A DNA stretch of 64,000 nt from Candidatus Latescibacterota bacterium (GCA_965222075.1 OZ244937.1:4928001-4992000); one strand, 5' to 3'; shown: positions 17,889 through 28,337, numbered from the stretch's first letter. A program made the numbers and translations. The notes: a model not told the origin generated them from the letters alone.

Positions 17889-20303
17889 ATGAGGGTGCGA
17901 ATATGGGTTTCAGCGGCTGTCGCGCTGTGTGCGGGGCTACTGCTTTGTACTCAAGTGTCCGACCTCTACGCCCAGGCGAACCAGGCGCCTACGACGTATA
18001 CGCTGCGGTCGATGTTGAAGACCGGTTTCCGAAACGTGGGCATCCAGGGCGCGTTTTTCAATTCGGGCGCGGGCTCCGGGCAGTATCAGTCTTACCCGTA
18101 CAACCACGGGGGAGGTGGCTCCTACGGTTCCAACCTGCTTAGCGGTACGGGCAGTTCCAACTCCGAGGCCTATCAGAATTCGGTACGCGCAGGCCACGGG
18201 GTGTGGACGATGACGTCGGATGCGGAGGTGGTCTACACGGGCGTGCGGATCGGCATGCAGGAGGAGAAGATCACGGCGATGCAGTACGACGTGGAGTCTG
18301 ATCCGGACCTGTCGGGTCTGGGCAAGGGCGGGATTGGGGACTGGTACTTCCACCGCCGGCCGACAGTGAAGCTGGGGAACGGATCGCGGTATCAGGATGG
18401 GTTTGTGGAGTCGAGCATGGGCGGAAACTGGTGGCCGGGTTCCGACCTGATCGTGGAGGGGAGGAAGTCGCAGCCCCTCAGCAAGCCCCCGGTCCACATT
18501 TTGAATTATCAATTCAGCGAGTACCCGCGGAACGACGAGTGGCCTGAGGAGATCATTATTACGCAGTGGACGAATACGCAGGGGATAACAACCACCGAGC
18601 GGGCGTCCATGTGGAGCCACCCCGATTTCGACGATCTGATCATTGATGAGTACATCCTCGAAAACACGGGGGATACGGACGGCGACGGCGACCCGGACAT
18701 GCCGGTGGGTCAGTTGAACGACCTCTACATCGGATTCCAGGACCGGTACAATATCAGCGCTGCGGGACAGCATGCGTATATCCGGTACTGGCGGGACGAG
18801 CGGGACTGGTGCATGGACGACTGGTACGTGTACGACCCGGGCAACAAGGTGCTTTATGCCTGGGACGGGGACCATCCGCTCTACCGCGACTGGGACGATA
18901 CGGGAGACCCGTACAAGGATGCGTTTGCGACAGGTACACTGGCGAACGGCGGGAAGATCCGACAGGGTGAGGACACGCCGATGTCGCCTGCGCACCTGGG
19001 TGTGGGCGTGGTCGCCTATACGGACGATCCCACCAGCCCATACAGGTACAATGCTCACGACACGGGCAAGGGCTACGTGGAACCGGACGGAGACCAGCCT
19101 TATGCCGTGCGGTTCTGGGAGTCGTTCAACTCGAACGTGCAGAACGACCCGAGCAACATAGAGATGACAGAGACGGAGATCTACTCCGATGTGCTGGGCG
19201 GCGGACGCTCTATCGACGCGAACCCGGACCATACGAGTGGGCAGTTCTCCATGCTGATCTTCGGGCCTTATGACGTGCCTCCGAACGGCAAGATCAAGAT
19301 CGTGCTGGCCTATTTGGCAGGGCACCCCGGGCAGATGCTGGGAAATACGGACGTGTGGACCTGGGCGAGGGCCGACAAGCCCCTTGCGACGAAGCAGGCA
19401 GAACTGCTGAGGGGTAAGGACGCGCTTGAGGCCAACTTGGAGGCGGCCAGGTTTGCTTACCAGAACGCCTTCGACATTCCGGACGCGCCGCCGGACGTGA
19501 ACTTCCGGTCGGGCAGCAGCCCGAGTGCGTCCATGACGCTGGACTGGCCCGTGTCGGTGGAAAACGCGGCCCACCCGGACTACGCAGGTGGAGAGGCGAA
19601 CGACGTTGCAGGCTACCGGGTTTATCGGTCCACCTGGTTCCACCAGGGGCCGTGGGAGCTGCTTGCGGACATTCCGACGGGAACGACGAGCATGGAGGAG
19701 ACAAACTTCGAGGTGTCCCGCGCGAGCGATTCCAAGTTCGGCGATCTTTACCTCTTTGAGGACAAGAACTCGGCCGCCGGGTTCTTCTTCTACTATAGCG
19801 TTCGTCCCTACAGCAAGCCTCACACGAGTTGGTCGCCGGGCGGTGACATGGCCATGCATCCGCTGGGGATGGCGGACCTCCCTGGGCAGGTTATCACACA
19901 CGTGCAGGTGGGGCAGGAGGGGGGATGGGCTGCAAATACGCAGCGGATCTACGCGGCCGAGTCGCCCTTTGCCATTCCATCGGCCGGGTCGGAGAACCTG
20001 CAGGAGCAGGTGCTGGTGGTGCCCAACCCGTACTTCTTAGATGAGTCGCACCAATACCCGGGATCCACGAAGATCCGATTTGTGGGTGTTCCGTCAAAGT
20101 CCCGGATCCGGGTCTTCTCGGTGTCGGGGGATCTGGTCTCCGACTTCAAGCACGACGATGCGAGCAAGGGGGAGACCGACTACAATCAGTTCACCTGGAA
20201 TTTCGGCGGAGAGATCGCCACGGGAGTCTACTTCTACGTGGTGGAGAATCTGACCGGGAGCGGCGAGCAGTTCCAGAGAGGCACCTTCATGGTATTGCGA
20301 TAG
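17889..20303 (+). CDS. Secreted protein with FN3-like domain and T9SS type-A/FlgD-like C-terminal sorting domain
   Basis: Signal peptide; AGYRVYRS...YYSVRPY FN3-like segment; CTD VLVVPNPY...IRVFSVSGDLV...ATGVYFYVV...FMVLR; DTDGDGDPD Ca-type loop. Confidence 0.75.
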   Translation: MRVRIWVSAAVALCAGLLLCTQVSDLYAQANQAPTTYTLRSMLKTGFRNVGIQGAFFNSGAGSGQYQSYPYNHGGGGSYGSNLLSGTGSSNSEAYQNSVRAGHGVWTMTSDAEVVYTGVRIGMQEEKITAMQYDVESDPDLSGLGKGGIGDWYFHRRPTVKLGNGSRYQDGFVESSMGGNWWPGSDLIVEGRKSQPLSKPPVHILNYQFSEYPRNDEWPEEIIITQWTNTQGITTTERASMWSHPDFDDLIIDEYILENTGDTDGDGDPDMPVGQLNDLYIGFQDRYNISAAGQHAYIRYWRDERDWCMDDWYVYDPGNKVLYAWDGDHPLYRDWDDTGDPYKDAFATGTLANGGKIRQGEDTPMSPAHLGVGVVAYTDDPTSPYRYNAHDTGKGYVEPDGDQPYAVRFWESFNSNVQNDPSNIEMTETEIYSDVLGGGRSIDANPDHTSGQFSMLIFGPYDVPPNGKIKIVLAYLAGHPGQMLGNTDVWTWARADKPLATKQAELLRGKDALEANLEAARFAYQNAFDIPDAPPDVNFRSGSSPSASMTLDWPVSVENAAHPDYAGGEANDVAGYRVYRSTWFHQGPWELLADIPTGTTSMEETNFEVSRASDSKFGDLYLFEDKNSAAGFFFYYSVRPYSKPHTSWSPGGDMAMHPLGMADLPGQVITHVQVGQEGGWAANTQRIYAAESPFAIPSAGSENLQEQVLVVPNPYFLDESHQYPGSTKIRFVGVPSKSRIRVFSVSGDLVSDFKHDDASKGETDYNQFTWNFGGEIATGVYFYVVENLTGSGEQFQRGTFMVLR

Positions 20304-20324
20304 GCGACGAAAGGGGGTAGAACG

Positions 20325-21353
20325 ATGAAATATTTCAGAACCATATTCCTGCTCGCCGCGATGGGGATGCTTCTGGTTCCCCCTCCAGGCGATGCAGATA
20401 TTTTTCCCATTAACAATGACATTACGGACCTCCGTCCTGAAAACCAGGGCACCCACGTGCGGCGCACCGATACGCACCTGTGGGTGGGGCTGTCCGGGTT
20501 TCAGTTCCTGAAGATCGGCCAGGGCGCACGCGCCGTGGCTATGGGCGATGCGTATACGGCCGTGGCCGATGACATCAACGCGATTTACTGGAACCCGGCG
20601 GGGCTGACGGCGGTGCGGGGGACGGCCTGGACGGCCAACTACACGAAGTGGTTGGTGGACTCCGAGGTTTACTCAGCGGCGGTGGCCTGGAACACGGGTA
20701 CTGCCCAGGGCGGGGTGCTCGGGATGAGCGTGATGTCTTTTCGGCCCGGGGAGATCCTCGAGACGACGATCTTCCAGCCCCGAGGCACCGGCCAGACCGT
20801 GGCCGCCGGCGACCTGGCCATCGGCGTGGTCTATGCGCTGAAGCTGACGGACAAGTTCTCGTTCGCTACCCGGGTGCAGTGGATCCACCAGACGCTGTAC
20901 ACGGAGAGCCTCAGTACGATTGGCATTGACGTTGGAACGCTTTTCCATACCGGCTTCAAGAGCCTGCGCCTGGCCATGGCGCTGAAGAACTTCGGCCCGG
21001 ACAAGAAAGTGACGGAGACCAAGTTCTTCATGCCGCTTTATTACAACGTAGCCTTAGCGGCAGAGTTCTACGGCGAGAAGGGCGACCTGACGTACCTGAC
21101 GATCACCGGAGAGTCTGCGTTTGCGGCGGATTACGAGCTGCGCGCGCACGTGGGCGCAGAGGCGTGGTTCCAGAACATCTTTGCGCTGCGAGCGGGCTAC
21201 AAGATCAACTACGACACGGACAGTTTCAGTGCGGGCGCCGGCCTGAAGTATGAGATTGCCGGCGATCGGTCGTTGACGGTGGACGTGGCCTATTCGGATA
21301 TGGGCGAGTTATTCAGCGCCCCCATCCGGGTGACGGTCGGAGGGACGTTCTAA
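20325..21353 (+). CDS. PorV/PorQ-family outer-membrane barrel
   Basis: FLKIGQGARAVAMGDAYTAVADDINAIYWNPAGL signature; LRAGY; C-terminal Phe. Confidence 0.85.
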   Translation: MKYFRTIFLLAAMGMLLVPPPGDADIFPINNDITDLRPENQGTHVRRTDTHLWVGLSGFQFLKIGQGARAVAMGDAYTAVADDINAIYWNPAGLTAVRGTAWTANYTKWLVDSEVYSAAVAWNTGTAQGGVLGMSVMSFRPGEILETTIFQPRGTGQTVAAGDLAIGVVYALKLTDKFSFATRVQWIHQTLYTESLSTIGIDVGTLFHTGFKSLRLAMALKNFGPDKKVTETKFFMPLYYNVALAAEFYGEKGDLTYLTITGESAFAADYELRAHVGAEAWFQNIFALRAGYKINYDTDSFSAGAGLKYEIAGDRSLTVDVAYSDMGELFSAPIRVTVGGTF

Positions 21354-21376
21354 GAGGCAGACGTTTAGCCGCAAGC

Positions 21377-21424
21377 AAAGCCGGCGGTCACCTCCCGGAT
21401 AAAGGGGGTGCCGTCGGCTTTTTT
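21377..21424 (+). terminator. Intrinsic terminator after porV/Q-like gene
   Basis: aaagccggcgg-cacc...ggtg-ccgtcggc followed by T-tract. Confidence 0.75.
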
Positions 21425-21664
21425 AATAACAGACGACAGCGGTAAGCCTTTCCGATCGTCTGTTTTTTGGGTATATTTTAAAGCGTTCCACGTTTGTTAT
21501 AGGATCTATTATCAGGATGAGCGTTTTGGTCTATCAGGATATTCCCGGCAAGGGTTCGCCCATCCGGCATATTATAATAAGACGTTCTTATATATAGTAT
21601 AGCGCGGTTCCGGGGGCGGGGCGTTGAGATCCGTTTTACCAAAGAGGCAGGAGGAGATGGAACA

Positions 21665-24217
21665 ATGGAGAAGAAGCGCTTTGGTCTGTTAATCGGTCGG
21701 ATCGCAGGGGGTGTGGTGGTCCTGCTCTGGCTGGTAGGGAGCGTCCCGGCTCAGGAAGATGGTGATGTATCCCCGGAGGCGTCGGAAGCGACAGCGGACA
21801 CGTCCAGGGCGAAAAAGGAGGCGGCGGTGCAGGCGCTGGAGCAGCGCGTGCAGGCCGATCCGGACGATGCGGAGCAGTGGCTGCAACTGGGCCACGCCCG
21901 CCTGGATGCGGGAGACCTGAAGGGGGCGGAAAAGGCGTTTGAAAAGGCCGAATCCAGGGGGGGGGATGAGGTGGATGCGAAGGCCTACAACGGGTTGGGG
22001 CTGGTTTACACGGAACGCCCGCGCCAGCTTCAGACGGCGATCCATTTCTTCCAGAAGGCCCTGAGGAAGGCCCCTCGCTACGTAGAGGCGCACTACAACA
22101 AGGCGCGGGCGTATTACACTCACAACTGGCTTTCCCACGCGATTAAGGCGGCCAAGGACGCCTTAGCCGTGGATTCCACGCACGTGGCAGCGCAGCAGCT
22201 CATCGACAGGTGCCGCGCGATCAAGGTGGAGGATGCGGGAAAGTCGAAGGAGATGTACGAGAAATACCTGGAGTCAAAGCCGGAGGACATGATGAGCTGG
22301 GTGGAATGGGGGAAGCTGGCGGTGGTGGAGGGAGACTACGAGCAGATTCTGAACCGTCTGCCGGGTGTAATCGAGGCGAACCCGGGGTGGTGGGAGCTGT
22401 TCCCGATCCTGGGGCAGGCCTTCTGGAAGGTGAACATGCTGGAACCGGCGGGGATAGCCTTCAGCAGGTATGTGGAGGGCTTAGAGGAGGAGGAACGGGT
22501 GCTGTATGAAGACCTGAGCCTGGTCACGTGGGGGGATGAGACCCGCGCATTTGAAGCGGCCACCGGGGAAGACCGGAGGGAGGTGGCGAAGCGCTTCTGG
22601 GCGGAGCGGGACCCGGACTATACGACGCCGGTCAACGAGCGCCAGTTAGAGCACTACCGGAGGGTGTGGTATGCGCGGACCTATTTCTCAAGGTATAAGC
22701 AGCCCTGGGACCGGCGGGGGGAGGTCTACATCCGCTACGGGGAGCCGGACCACCGAAGCCGATCCAGGCACCCAAGCCCGCCCCTTTCGGAGTCGGTAAC
22801 CGCGGTGAAGGAGCGGTATTTCAATCTGATCTACAGCAATATGCACTCCCTCCTGTCCATGGGCGGCGGGTCTGAGATCAACACGGGCGCAGAGGGTGCG
22901 GATTACCCCGTTTACGATATTTCCCAGGGCGAGGCGCCGCAGAATTTCGGCGATCTGTTCGGGGATGAGGACCGGTATCAGGGCAATCAGGGCACGTCGA
23001 GGGGCATCGAGTGGTACGACGCGGTTACGGGCGGGCTGACCGGGTCGCTGGTGGGGCCGGTTTTTCCGGTGCGCTCCTACGATCCCAATGTGGCAGGGGG
23101 CGTGTATCTGCCGGTCGGTTCGAGCGATTTCAGCATGGTGAAGTGGGAGTCGTGGACCTACACGCACATCGACGGGGGAATCGTGATCGACTTTACCGAC
23201 GAGATCGGCAAGTCGGGGTTCGACTACGCGCCAATTCCGGATTTGCACAAGACGCCGGGGTTGCGGCACGGGTCCACCGCAGGGATGGACGACATCCGGG
23301 CGATGACCGCCTTTACCCGGCGGGCGCCGATGACGATTATGCGCACGGCGGCGGCGGCGGTGCCGGAGCAGTATACGATCCCGGAGGAGGACCGTCCCAT
23401 GGACTTCTACTTCGATCAGGCGAAGTTCCGGGCGGTGGCGGACTCCGCCCACGTGGAGGTCTACTATGGGGTGCCGATGGCGGAGACGACCTACTTTGCG
23501 GGCGACGATGTGACCGGGCTGCGGGCGGCCTGCCGGGTCGCGCTTGCAGAAGTGGATAAGGAGGACGGGAGGATTTACCGGTCCGAGAGCGAGCTGGTCT
23601 ACGTGGAGCCGGGAGATCGGACCGGGGGGAGCAGATTTAGGATTATCCCCCACGTGGTCGCCTTAGACGTCCCTCCCGGTGAATACACCCTGGACGTGCG
23701 GATGGAGAACCGGCTGGATGGGGAGATCGGCACCTACCGGAAGCGTCTGACCGTGGAGCCGTATCCGGGCGGACCGCTCAAGCTGAGCGACGTTCAACTG
23801 GCCTGGAAGGTCACCGAAGAGGGACCGCCGGATAGGTTCTCCAAGAACGGCCTGAAGGTGCTGCCGATGCCGACGCGGCTTTATAAGAGGGGCCAGCCGG
23901 TGTTCCTCTACTACGAGATCTACAATCTGAGGCGGGACGAGTTCGGGATGACCAACTACACGGTGGAGTATATGATACGGTCGGGCAAGCCGCCCGGGGT
24001 GATCTCGCGGCTCTTTCGGGCGTTTCAGGGTGGGGAGAAGGACGAACGGGTGGCGGTGGCGCAGGAGCAGCTGGGCACGCAGGAGACGCAGCCCAGTTAC
24101 ATCGAGCTGGATTTGAGCGAGGTCGTGCCGGGGGAGGTGGTGTTGACGGTGACGGTGGAGGACCTCAACTCGGGCGAGACGGTGTCGAGGGAGGCGAAGT
24201 TCGAAATTATGGAATAA
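21665..24217 (+). CDS. GWxTD-domain TPR protein, type A' (paralog of 3-1967)
   Basis: Signal peptide, N-terminal TPRs, PWDRRGEVYIRYGEPD, C-terminal half highly similar to gene A. Confidence 0.88.
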   Translation: MEKKRFGLLIGRIAGGVVVLLWLVGSVPAQEDGDVSPEASEATADTSRAKKEAAVQALEQRVQADPDDAEQWLQLGHARLDAGDLKGAEKAFEKAESRGGDEVDAKAYNGLGLVYTERPRQLQTAIHFFQKALRKAPRYVEAHYNKARAYYTHNWLSHAIKAAKDALAVDSTHVAAQQLIDRCRAIKVEDAGKSKEMYEKYLESKPEDMMSWVEWGKLAVVEGDYEQILNRLPGVIEANPGWWELFPILGQAFWKVNMLEPAGIAFSRYVEGLEEEERVLYEDLSLVTWGDETRAFEAATGEDRREVAKRFWAERDPDYTTPVNERQLEHYRRVWYARTYFSRYKQPWDRRGEVYIRYGEPDHRSRSRHPSPPLSESVTAVKERYFNLIYSNMHSLLSMGGGSEINTGAEGADYPVYDISQGEAPQNFGDLFGDEDRYQGNQGTSRGIEWYDAVTGGLTGSLVGPVFPVRSYDPNVAGGVYLPVGSSDFSMVKWESWTYTHIDGGIVIDFTDEIGKSGFDYAPIPDLHKTPGLRHGSTAGMDDIRAMTAFTRRAPMTIMRTAAAAVPEQYTIPEEDRPMDFYFDQAKFRAVADSAHVEVYYGVPMAETTYFAGDDVTGLRAACRVALAEVDKEDGRIYRSESELVYVEPGDRTGGSRFRIIPHVVALDVPPGEYTLDVRMENRLDGEIGTYRKRLTVEPYPGGPLKLSDVQLAWKVTEEGPPDRFSKNGLKVLPMPTRLYKRGQPVFLYYEIYNLRRDEFGMTNYTVEYMIRSGKPPGVISRLFRAFQGGEKDERVAVAQEQLGTQETQPSYIELDLSEVVPGEVVLTVTVEDLNSGETVSREAKFEIME

Positions 24218-24273
24218 GGCGGTTTTTGAATCCGCATTCTGAAATCCGAAATCTACAATGGTCAGGAGCCGGG

Positions 24274-27200
24274 ATGAGGCATCTTATGAGAAGGCCGGGC
24301 GGCCTGTTGAGCGCGGTCGTTGCTCTGGCGGCCGTCTGTGGTTCACTGCCAGCGGTTGCGTGGCAGGCAGGCAGGCAGGCACAGGTCAACGGTGTGAGGT
24401 CTCCCGACGGGAAGGGTCTGGCCTACACGGTGGCCAGGGGCAGGCCGGAGGCGCTGATGACCGAGATCCGGACGGCGCGTGCGGATGGGAGCGGGGGCCA
24501 GCTGGTCAAGGCCTACCTGGGCGAGCCGGGCGATCTTTGTTTTCTGCCGGGGGGCGAAGGGTTCGTCTACCTCCAGGTGAGCCTTTCCTATACGGTCTTC
24601 GGATCGCACCTCTGCGCCGAGTATAAGTTGCCCCTGATGCGGAATCGGGTCTGGCGGCTGAAGGCGGATGGGTCGTCCGAGACGCTCTGGCCCCTGCCCG
24701 GGGAGCTTCAGCCGCTCAGGATTGCGGTTTCTCCGGATGGGGGGCGGCTGGCTGTGGGCGGGTTCCGGGGGAGCCTGCAGGACCGTGAGGACCGGGGGCT
24801 GTGGGTTGTGGACCACAGCGGGGCCGCCGTCCGGCTGCTGAACGGCCGGGTGACCGGACCTTTGCGATGGTCCTCCGATTCGGGGCGGATTTTCTGTGCC
24901 GTGGAGGAGGGGGGGTGTTTGAGGGGCGTGGCCGTGCAGGTGGGAACGGGCGAGGTGACGGACGCAGATGCGCCGGAAGCTGAAGCGTACGCAGGGGGCG
25001 ACGATGCCGCGCCCGCCGATGTCGTCGATGGGACAGCACCCGGTCTGATCAGCAATGCGCTGGACCGGTATACGAAGGGCTACCACGCGATGCACCAGGA
25101 CAGGCCCTACCGGCTGATAAAGAACGCATATAAGGGGGCCATCCGTGCCTTTGAGCAGCTTTACAAAGGAGGGATCTCAAAAGCGGACTGCCTCGGCTAC
25201 ATCCAGACGCTGCGTGCCCGGATCCCTAAGAAAAAGGGTGAGGGTGAGAGGAGGCACCGACGGGCCAGCTGCCGGGAACACCAGCTTGTTGTGGGCACCC
25301 TGTTTGAAGGTTACGCGCAGGCGCACGGGCAGCTTCCCCCTACCTTAGAGGACCTGCGCTTCTGGGTGGAGCGCCAGGTCGAAGAGAGGGCCTCCCGGGA
25401 GGAGGCGCCCGAGGAGGCCATAGAGAGAGATCGGACGACCCTGGCCCGTATTTTTCACTGTGCGACCGATCCCGACCGGGAGCGGTCGATCAGCTACGTG
25501 TACCGGCCCGAGGCGCCCCCGGGCACCCCGGTGCTTCTCTGCTACTGGCACCGGGGCGAACTGCTTCGCCTCAGGGAGAGGTCGGGAGGGTACGGCGCTG
25601 AGGTCCTGACCTTGTATCCCGATCAGATCGATTCCTTAGATGCGGCGGCGGCCGGCTACCTGGAGGCAGAGGCGGCGGACAGCGCCGTTGCCCTCCTGGA
25701 GGTGGTGTCCCATCAGCGCCACAAAGACCCGGTTTCGCACAATAAATACGGTTATGCCGCACTTGAGGCAAAGGACGATGCGCTGGCAGAGAAGGCGTTT
25801 AAGCGGGCGGCCTCCCTGAGCAAGGGGAAGGTGCTGGCCAGGGCGTATTACGGCCTGGGGCTGATCAATATGGAGCGTTCCAGGGGTCGGCAGACGGCCA
25901 TCGAATATTTCCGGGACGCCCTGAGCCGGGACCGGAAATTTGTGGACGCCAGATACCAGATGGCCAGGGCGCGCGTTCTCCTGTGGCAGTATGACGCAAA
26001 GTCCGACATTGAGAAGGTCCTGAAGATGGACCCGAATTATGCGGATGCCTACCTGCTGATGGGGGACTACGAGGCGGACCTCAATAAGGAATACGAGCGC
26101 GCGATCCCCTGGTATACGAAGTATCTGGCGCTGCGGCCCGACGATCCGGTGAGCCGGAACCGGCTGAGCATGGCCTATTTGCACGTGAAGGACTACGACA
26201 AGGTTATGGAGACGCTGCTGGGATTCGTCCAGGAGCATCCGGATGCGATTGAACTGCTGCCGATTGTCTCCCAGGCGTGCGCCAAACAGGATAAGCTGGA
26301 CCTGGCGATGGGCTTCTTCAAGGCGTATGTTTCAAAGCTCGACCCGGAGGAGCGGGCGCTTTACAAGGATATCAGCCGGTTCGCCTCGAAGGAGGAGCTG
26401 GCGGAGTATTCCAGGGCCTCCGGCGCGGAGCAGGAGGCGTTTTTGAAGCGCTTCTGGAACGGGCGGGACCCGGACCTGTCCACGCCGGTCAACGAGCGCC
26501 TCCTGGAGCACTACCGGCGGGTGTGGTATGCCCGGCAGAGCTTCTCGAAGGAGCGGCAGCCGTGGGATATGCGCGGGGAGGTCTACGTGCGGTTCGGGGA
26601 GCCGGACCACCGGACGAGTTCGGCGATGATGAACGCCAGGCAGAGTCTGGAGGTGCAGCGGGTCAAGGAGCGGATGGCCCTGGACATTTATGGGACCGAT
26701 GGGAGCCAGGCGAGCTTCGTTGGGCCGGTATACCCCGTGCGTACCCTTGCGATGGGGGCGCGCCTCCGCGACTTACAGGGCGAATTCGAGGCGTCGGAGG
26801 TTGAGGTTATCACCGAAGATGTTGACGACCAGCAGCTGGATATAGTGGCCGCCGGCCCCAATACACGAACGAACACTGAATCGGGGATGATGCAGCGGGG
26901 GGAAGGGGGAAACCAGCAGTCTCAGCTGCAGTCACAGTCCCAATCTCAGTCGCAGTCGCAGACCCTGGTCACAGCGGCCATCAGCGATGCTTCCGACGGC
27001 TCGTTTAGCGGCGATCTGATGGAAATCAATGAGATGTTGAACTTAGAGGGGACCTTTTCGGTGGCCGGGGAGGATTTCTTAAAGTTCGGGGAATACCGTC
27101 CTGTCATCACTTCCGGCGCAGATGTCTCCACGGTCCCCTGGGAGTCCTGGGTCTACACCCGGATCGGCGGGGGTATTGAGATCACCTTTACCGACGAGTC

Positions 27201-28158
27201 GGGCAAGGGGGCTTACAATTATGCCCCCATCCCGATGGCCTTCGACGTTTCCGCACGTCAGATGACCAAGTTTGCACGGTATGCGCCGGAGACCATTTTT
27301 CAACGGGCGGTTGCGGCCTTTCCCGACTTCTACACGCCCGAATACGACAAGATCCCCTTTGATTTCTACTTTGATCTGGCCGATTTTCGGGGGGACAATG
27401 GAAAGAGCGTCGTAGAGATCTACTACGGAATGCCCGGCATGGCGTCCCGGTACTTTCCCAGAGAGGGTGTGACGCGGCTGGTGGTGAAACGCCAGGCCGC
27501 CCTGGTGGGGACGTCTCTGGATACGGTCTACCGGACATCGGGCGACCTGTTCTACCAGGCGCCGGGGTCCAGGGTCGGGGCGTTTGTTCCCGATATTGTG
27601 CGACTGGAGGTGCCTCCCGGAACCTACCGGCTGGAGGTGCGGGCTCGGGACCGGATGACGGGCCGGATCGGCCTTTACCGGAAGGAAGTGGAGGTGGAGG
27701 GCTACGCAGGGGAGGGGCTGCAGCTGAGCGACCTGACCCTGGCCTGGCGGATTGCCCAGGACCAGCCGATGGACAAGTTCACCAAGAACGGGCTGCACAT
27801 CGTTCCGATGCCCACCCGGATGTATCCCCAGGGGCAGGGCATCTTTGTCTACTACGAGATCTACAACCTGGTGCGGGACTCGTTCGGGCAGACGAGGTAC
27901 CGGGTGGAGTATACGATCCGGCCGGCGGGGGGGAATATTGTTTCGCGGCTGGTGCGGACGTTTGTGGGGAAGAAGAAGGAGGTGGTGGTGGGCTACGAGC
28001 AGGTCGGTTATAAGGAGGCGGAGTCGGTGTATATGGAGCTGGATCTGGGTGAGACCACACCGGGACGGCACTATTTGAAGGTTGAGGTGACGGATTTGAA
28101 CAGCGAGGAGGCGGTGACGGCGCTGAAGGATGTGCCCTTTACGGTGGCTCGGCAGTAG
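24274..28158 (+). CDS. GWxTD-domain protein, type B' (paralog of 1998-5774)
   Basis: Same architecture as B; AGGAG RBS before ATG 24274; long near-identical DNA stretches with B. Confidence 0.88.
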   Translation: MRHLMRRPGGLLSAVVALAAVCGSLPAVAWQAGRQAQVNGVRSPDGKGLAYTVARGRPEALMTEIRTARADGSGGQLVKAYLGEPGDLCFLPGGEGFVYLQVSLSYTVFGSHLCAEYKLPLMRNRVWRLKADGSSETLWPLPGELQPLRIAVSPDGGRLAVGGFRGSLQDREDRGLWVVDHSGAAVRLLNGRVTGPLRWSSDSGRIFCAVEEGGCLRGVAVQVGTGEVTDADAPEAEAYAGGDDAAPADVVDGTAPGLISNALDRYTKGYHAMHQDRPYRLIKNAYKGAIRAFEQLYKGGISKADCLGYIQTLRARIPKKKGEGERRHRRASCREHQLVVGTLFEGYAQAHGQLPPTLEDLRFWVERQVEERASREEAPEEAIERDRTTLARIFHCATDPDRERSISYVYRPEAPPGTPVLLCYWHRGELLRLRERSGGYGAEVLTLYPDQIDSLDAAAAGYLEAEAADSAVALLEVVSHQRHKDPVSHNKYGYAALEAKDDALAEKAFKRAASLSKGKVLARAYYGLGLINMERSRGRQTAIEYFRDALSRDRKFVDARYQMARARVLLWQYDAKSDIEKVLKMDPNYADAYLLMGDYEADLNKEYERAIPWYTKYLALRPDDPVSRNRLSMAYLHVKDYDKVMETLLGFVQEHPDAIELLPIVSQACAKQDKLDLAMGFFKAYVSKLDPEERALYKDISRFASKEELAEYSRASGAEQEAFLKRFWNGRDPDLSTPVNERLLEHYRRVWYARQSFSKERQPWDMRGEVYVRFGEPDHRTSSAMMNARQSLEVQRVKERMALDIYGTDGSQASFVGPVYPVRTLAMGARLRDLQGEFEASEVEVITEDVDDQQLDIVAAGPNTRTNTESGMMQRGEGGNQQSQLQSQSQSQSQSQTLVTAAISDASDGSFSGDLMEINEMLNLEGTFSVAGEDFLKFGEYRPVITSGADVSTVPWESWVYTRIGGGIEITFTDESGKGAYNYAPIPMAFDVSARQMTKFARYAPETIFQRAVAAFPDFYTPEYDKIPFDFYFDLADFRGDNGKSVVEIYYGMPGMASRYFPREGVTRLVVKRQAALVGTSLDTVYRTSGDLFYQAPGSRVGAFVPDIVRLEVPPGTYRLEVRARDRMTGRIGLYRKEVEVEGYAGEGLQLSDLTLAWRIAQDQPMDKFTKNGLHIVPMPTRMYPQGQGIFVYYEIYNLVRDSFGQTRYRVEYTIRPAGGNIVSRLVRTFVGKKKEVVVGYEQVGYKEAESVYMELDLGETTPGRHYLKVEVTDLNSEEAVTALKDVPFTVARQ

Positions 28159-28189
28159 CACGGAGGGCGGAGCCGCCACCCACCCATTT

Positions 28190-28240
28190 GGGAGTCTGAC
28201 GGTCTAAAAAGACGGTTGGGCTCCCTTTTTGTTTTTCTTT
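28190..28240 (+). terminator. Intrinsic terminator
   Basis: gggag...ctccc stem followed by a T-rich tract. Confidence 0.65.
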
Positions 28241-28337
28241 TTCCGGTTTTATCGTTATTTTCTGAGGGGGGCAGTTTATGGATAGGCCATCTTTGTTCTC
28301 CCTTCCCGCGTCGGGAAGGGGGTCAGGGGGAGTGTTG

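Noticed and set aside
17937-19901. 654-aa antisense ORF, and many similar ones (15126-16076, 16095-17201, 40504-42066)
   Set aside because: Shadow frames of well-supported GC-rich genes; no motifs.
21408-21602. 64-aa ORF
   Set aside because: Starts inside the terminator, is AT-rich with atypical codons, and more likely is promoter DNA.
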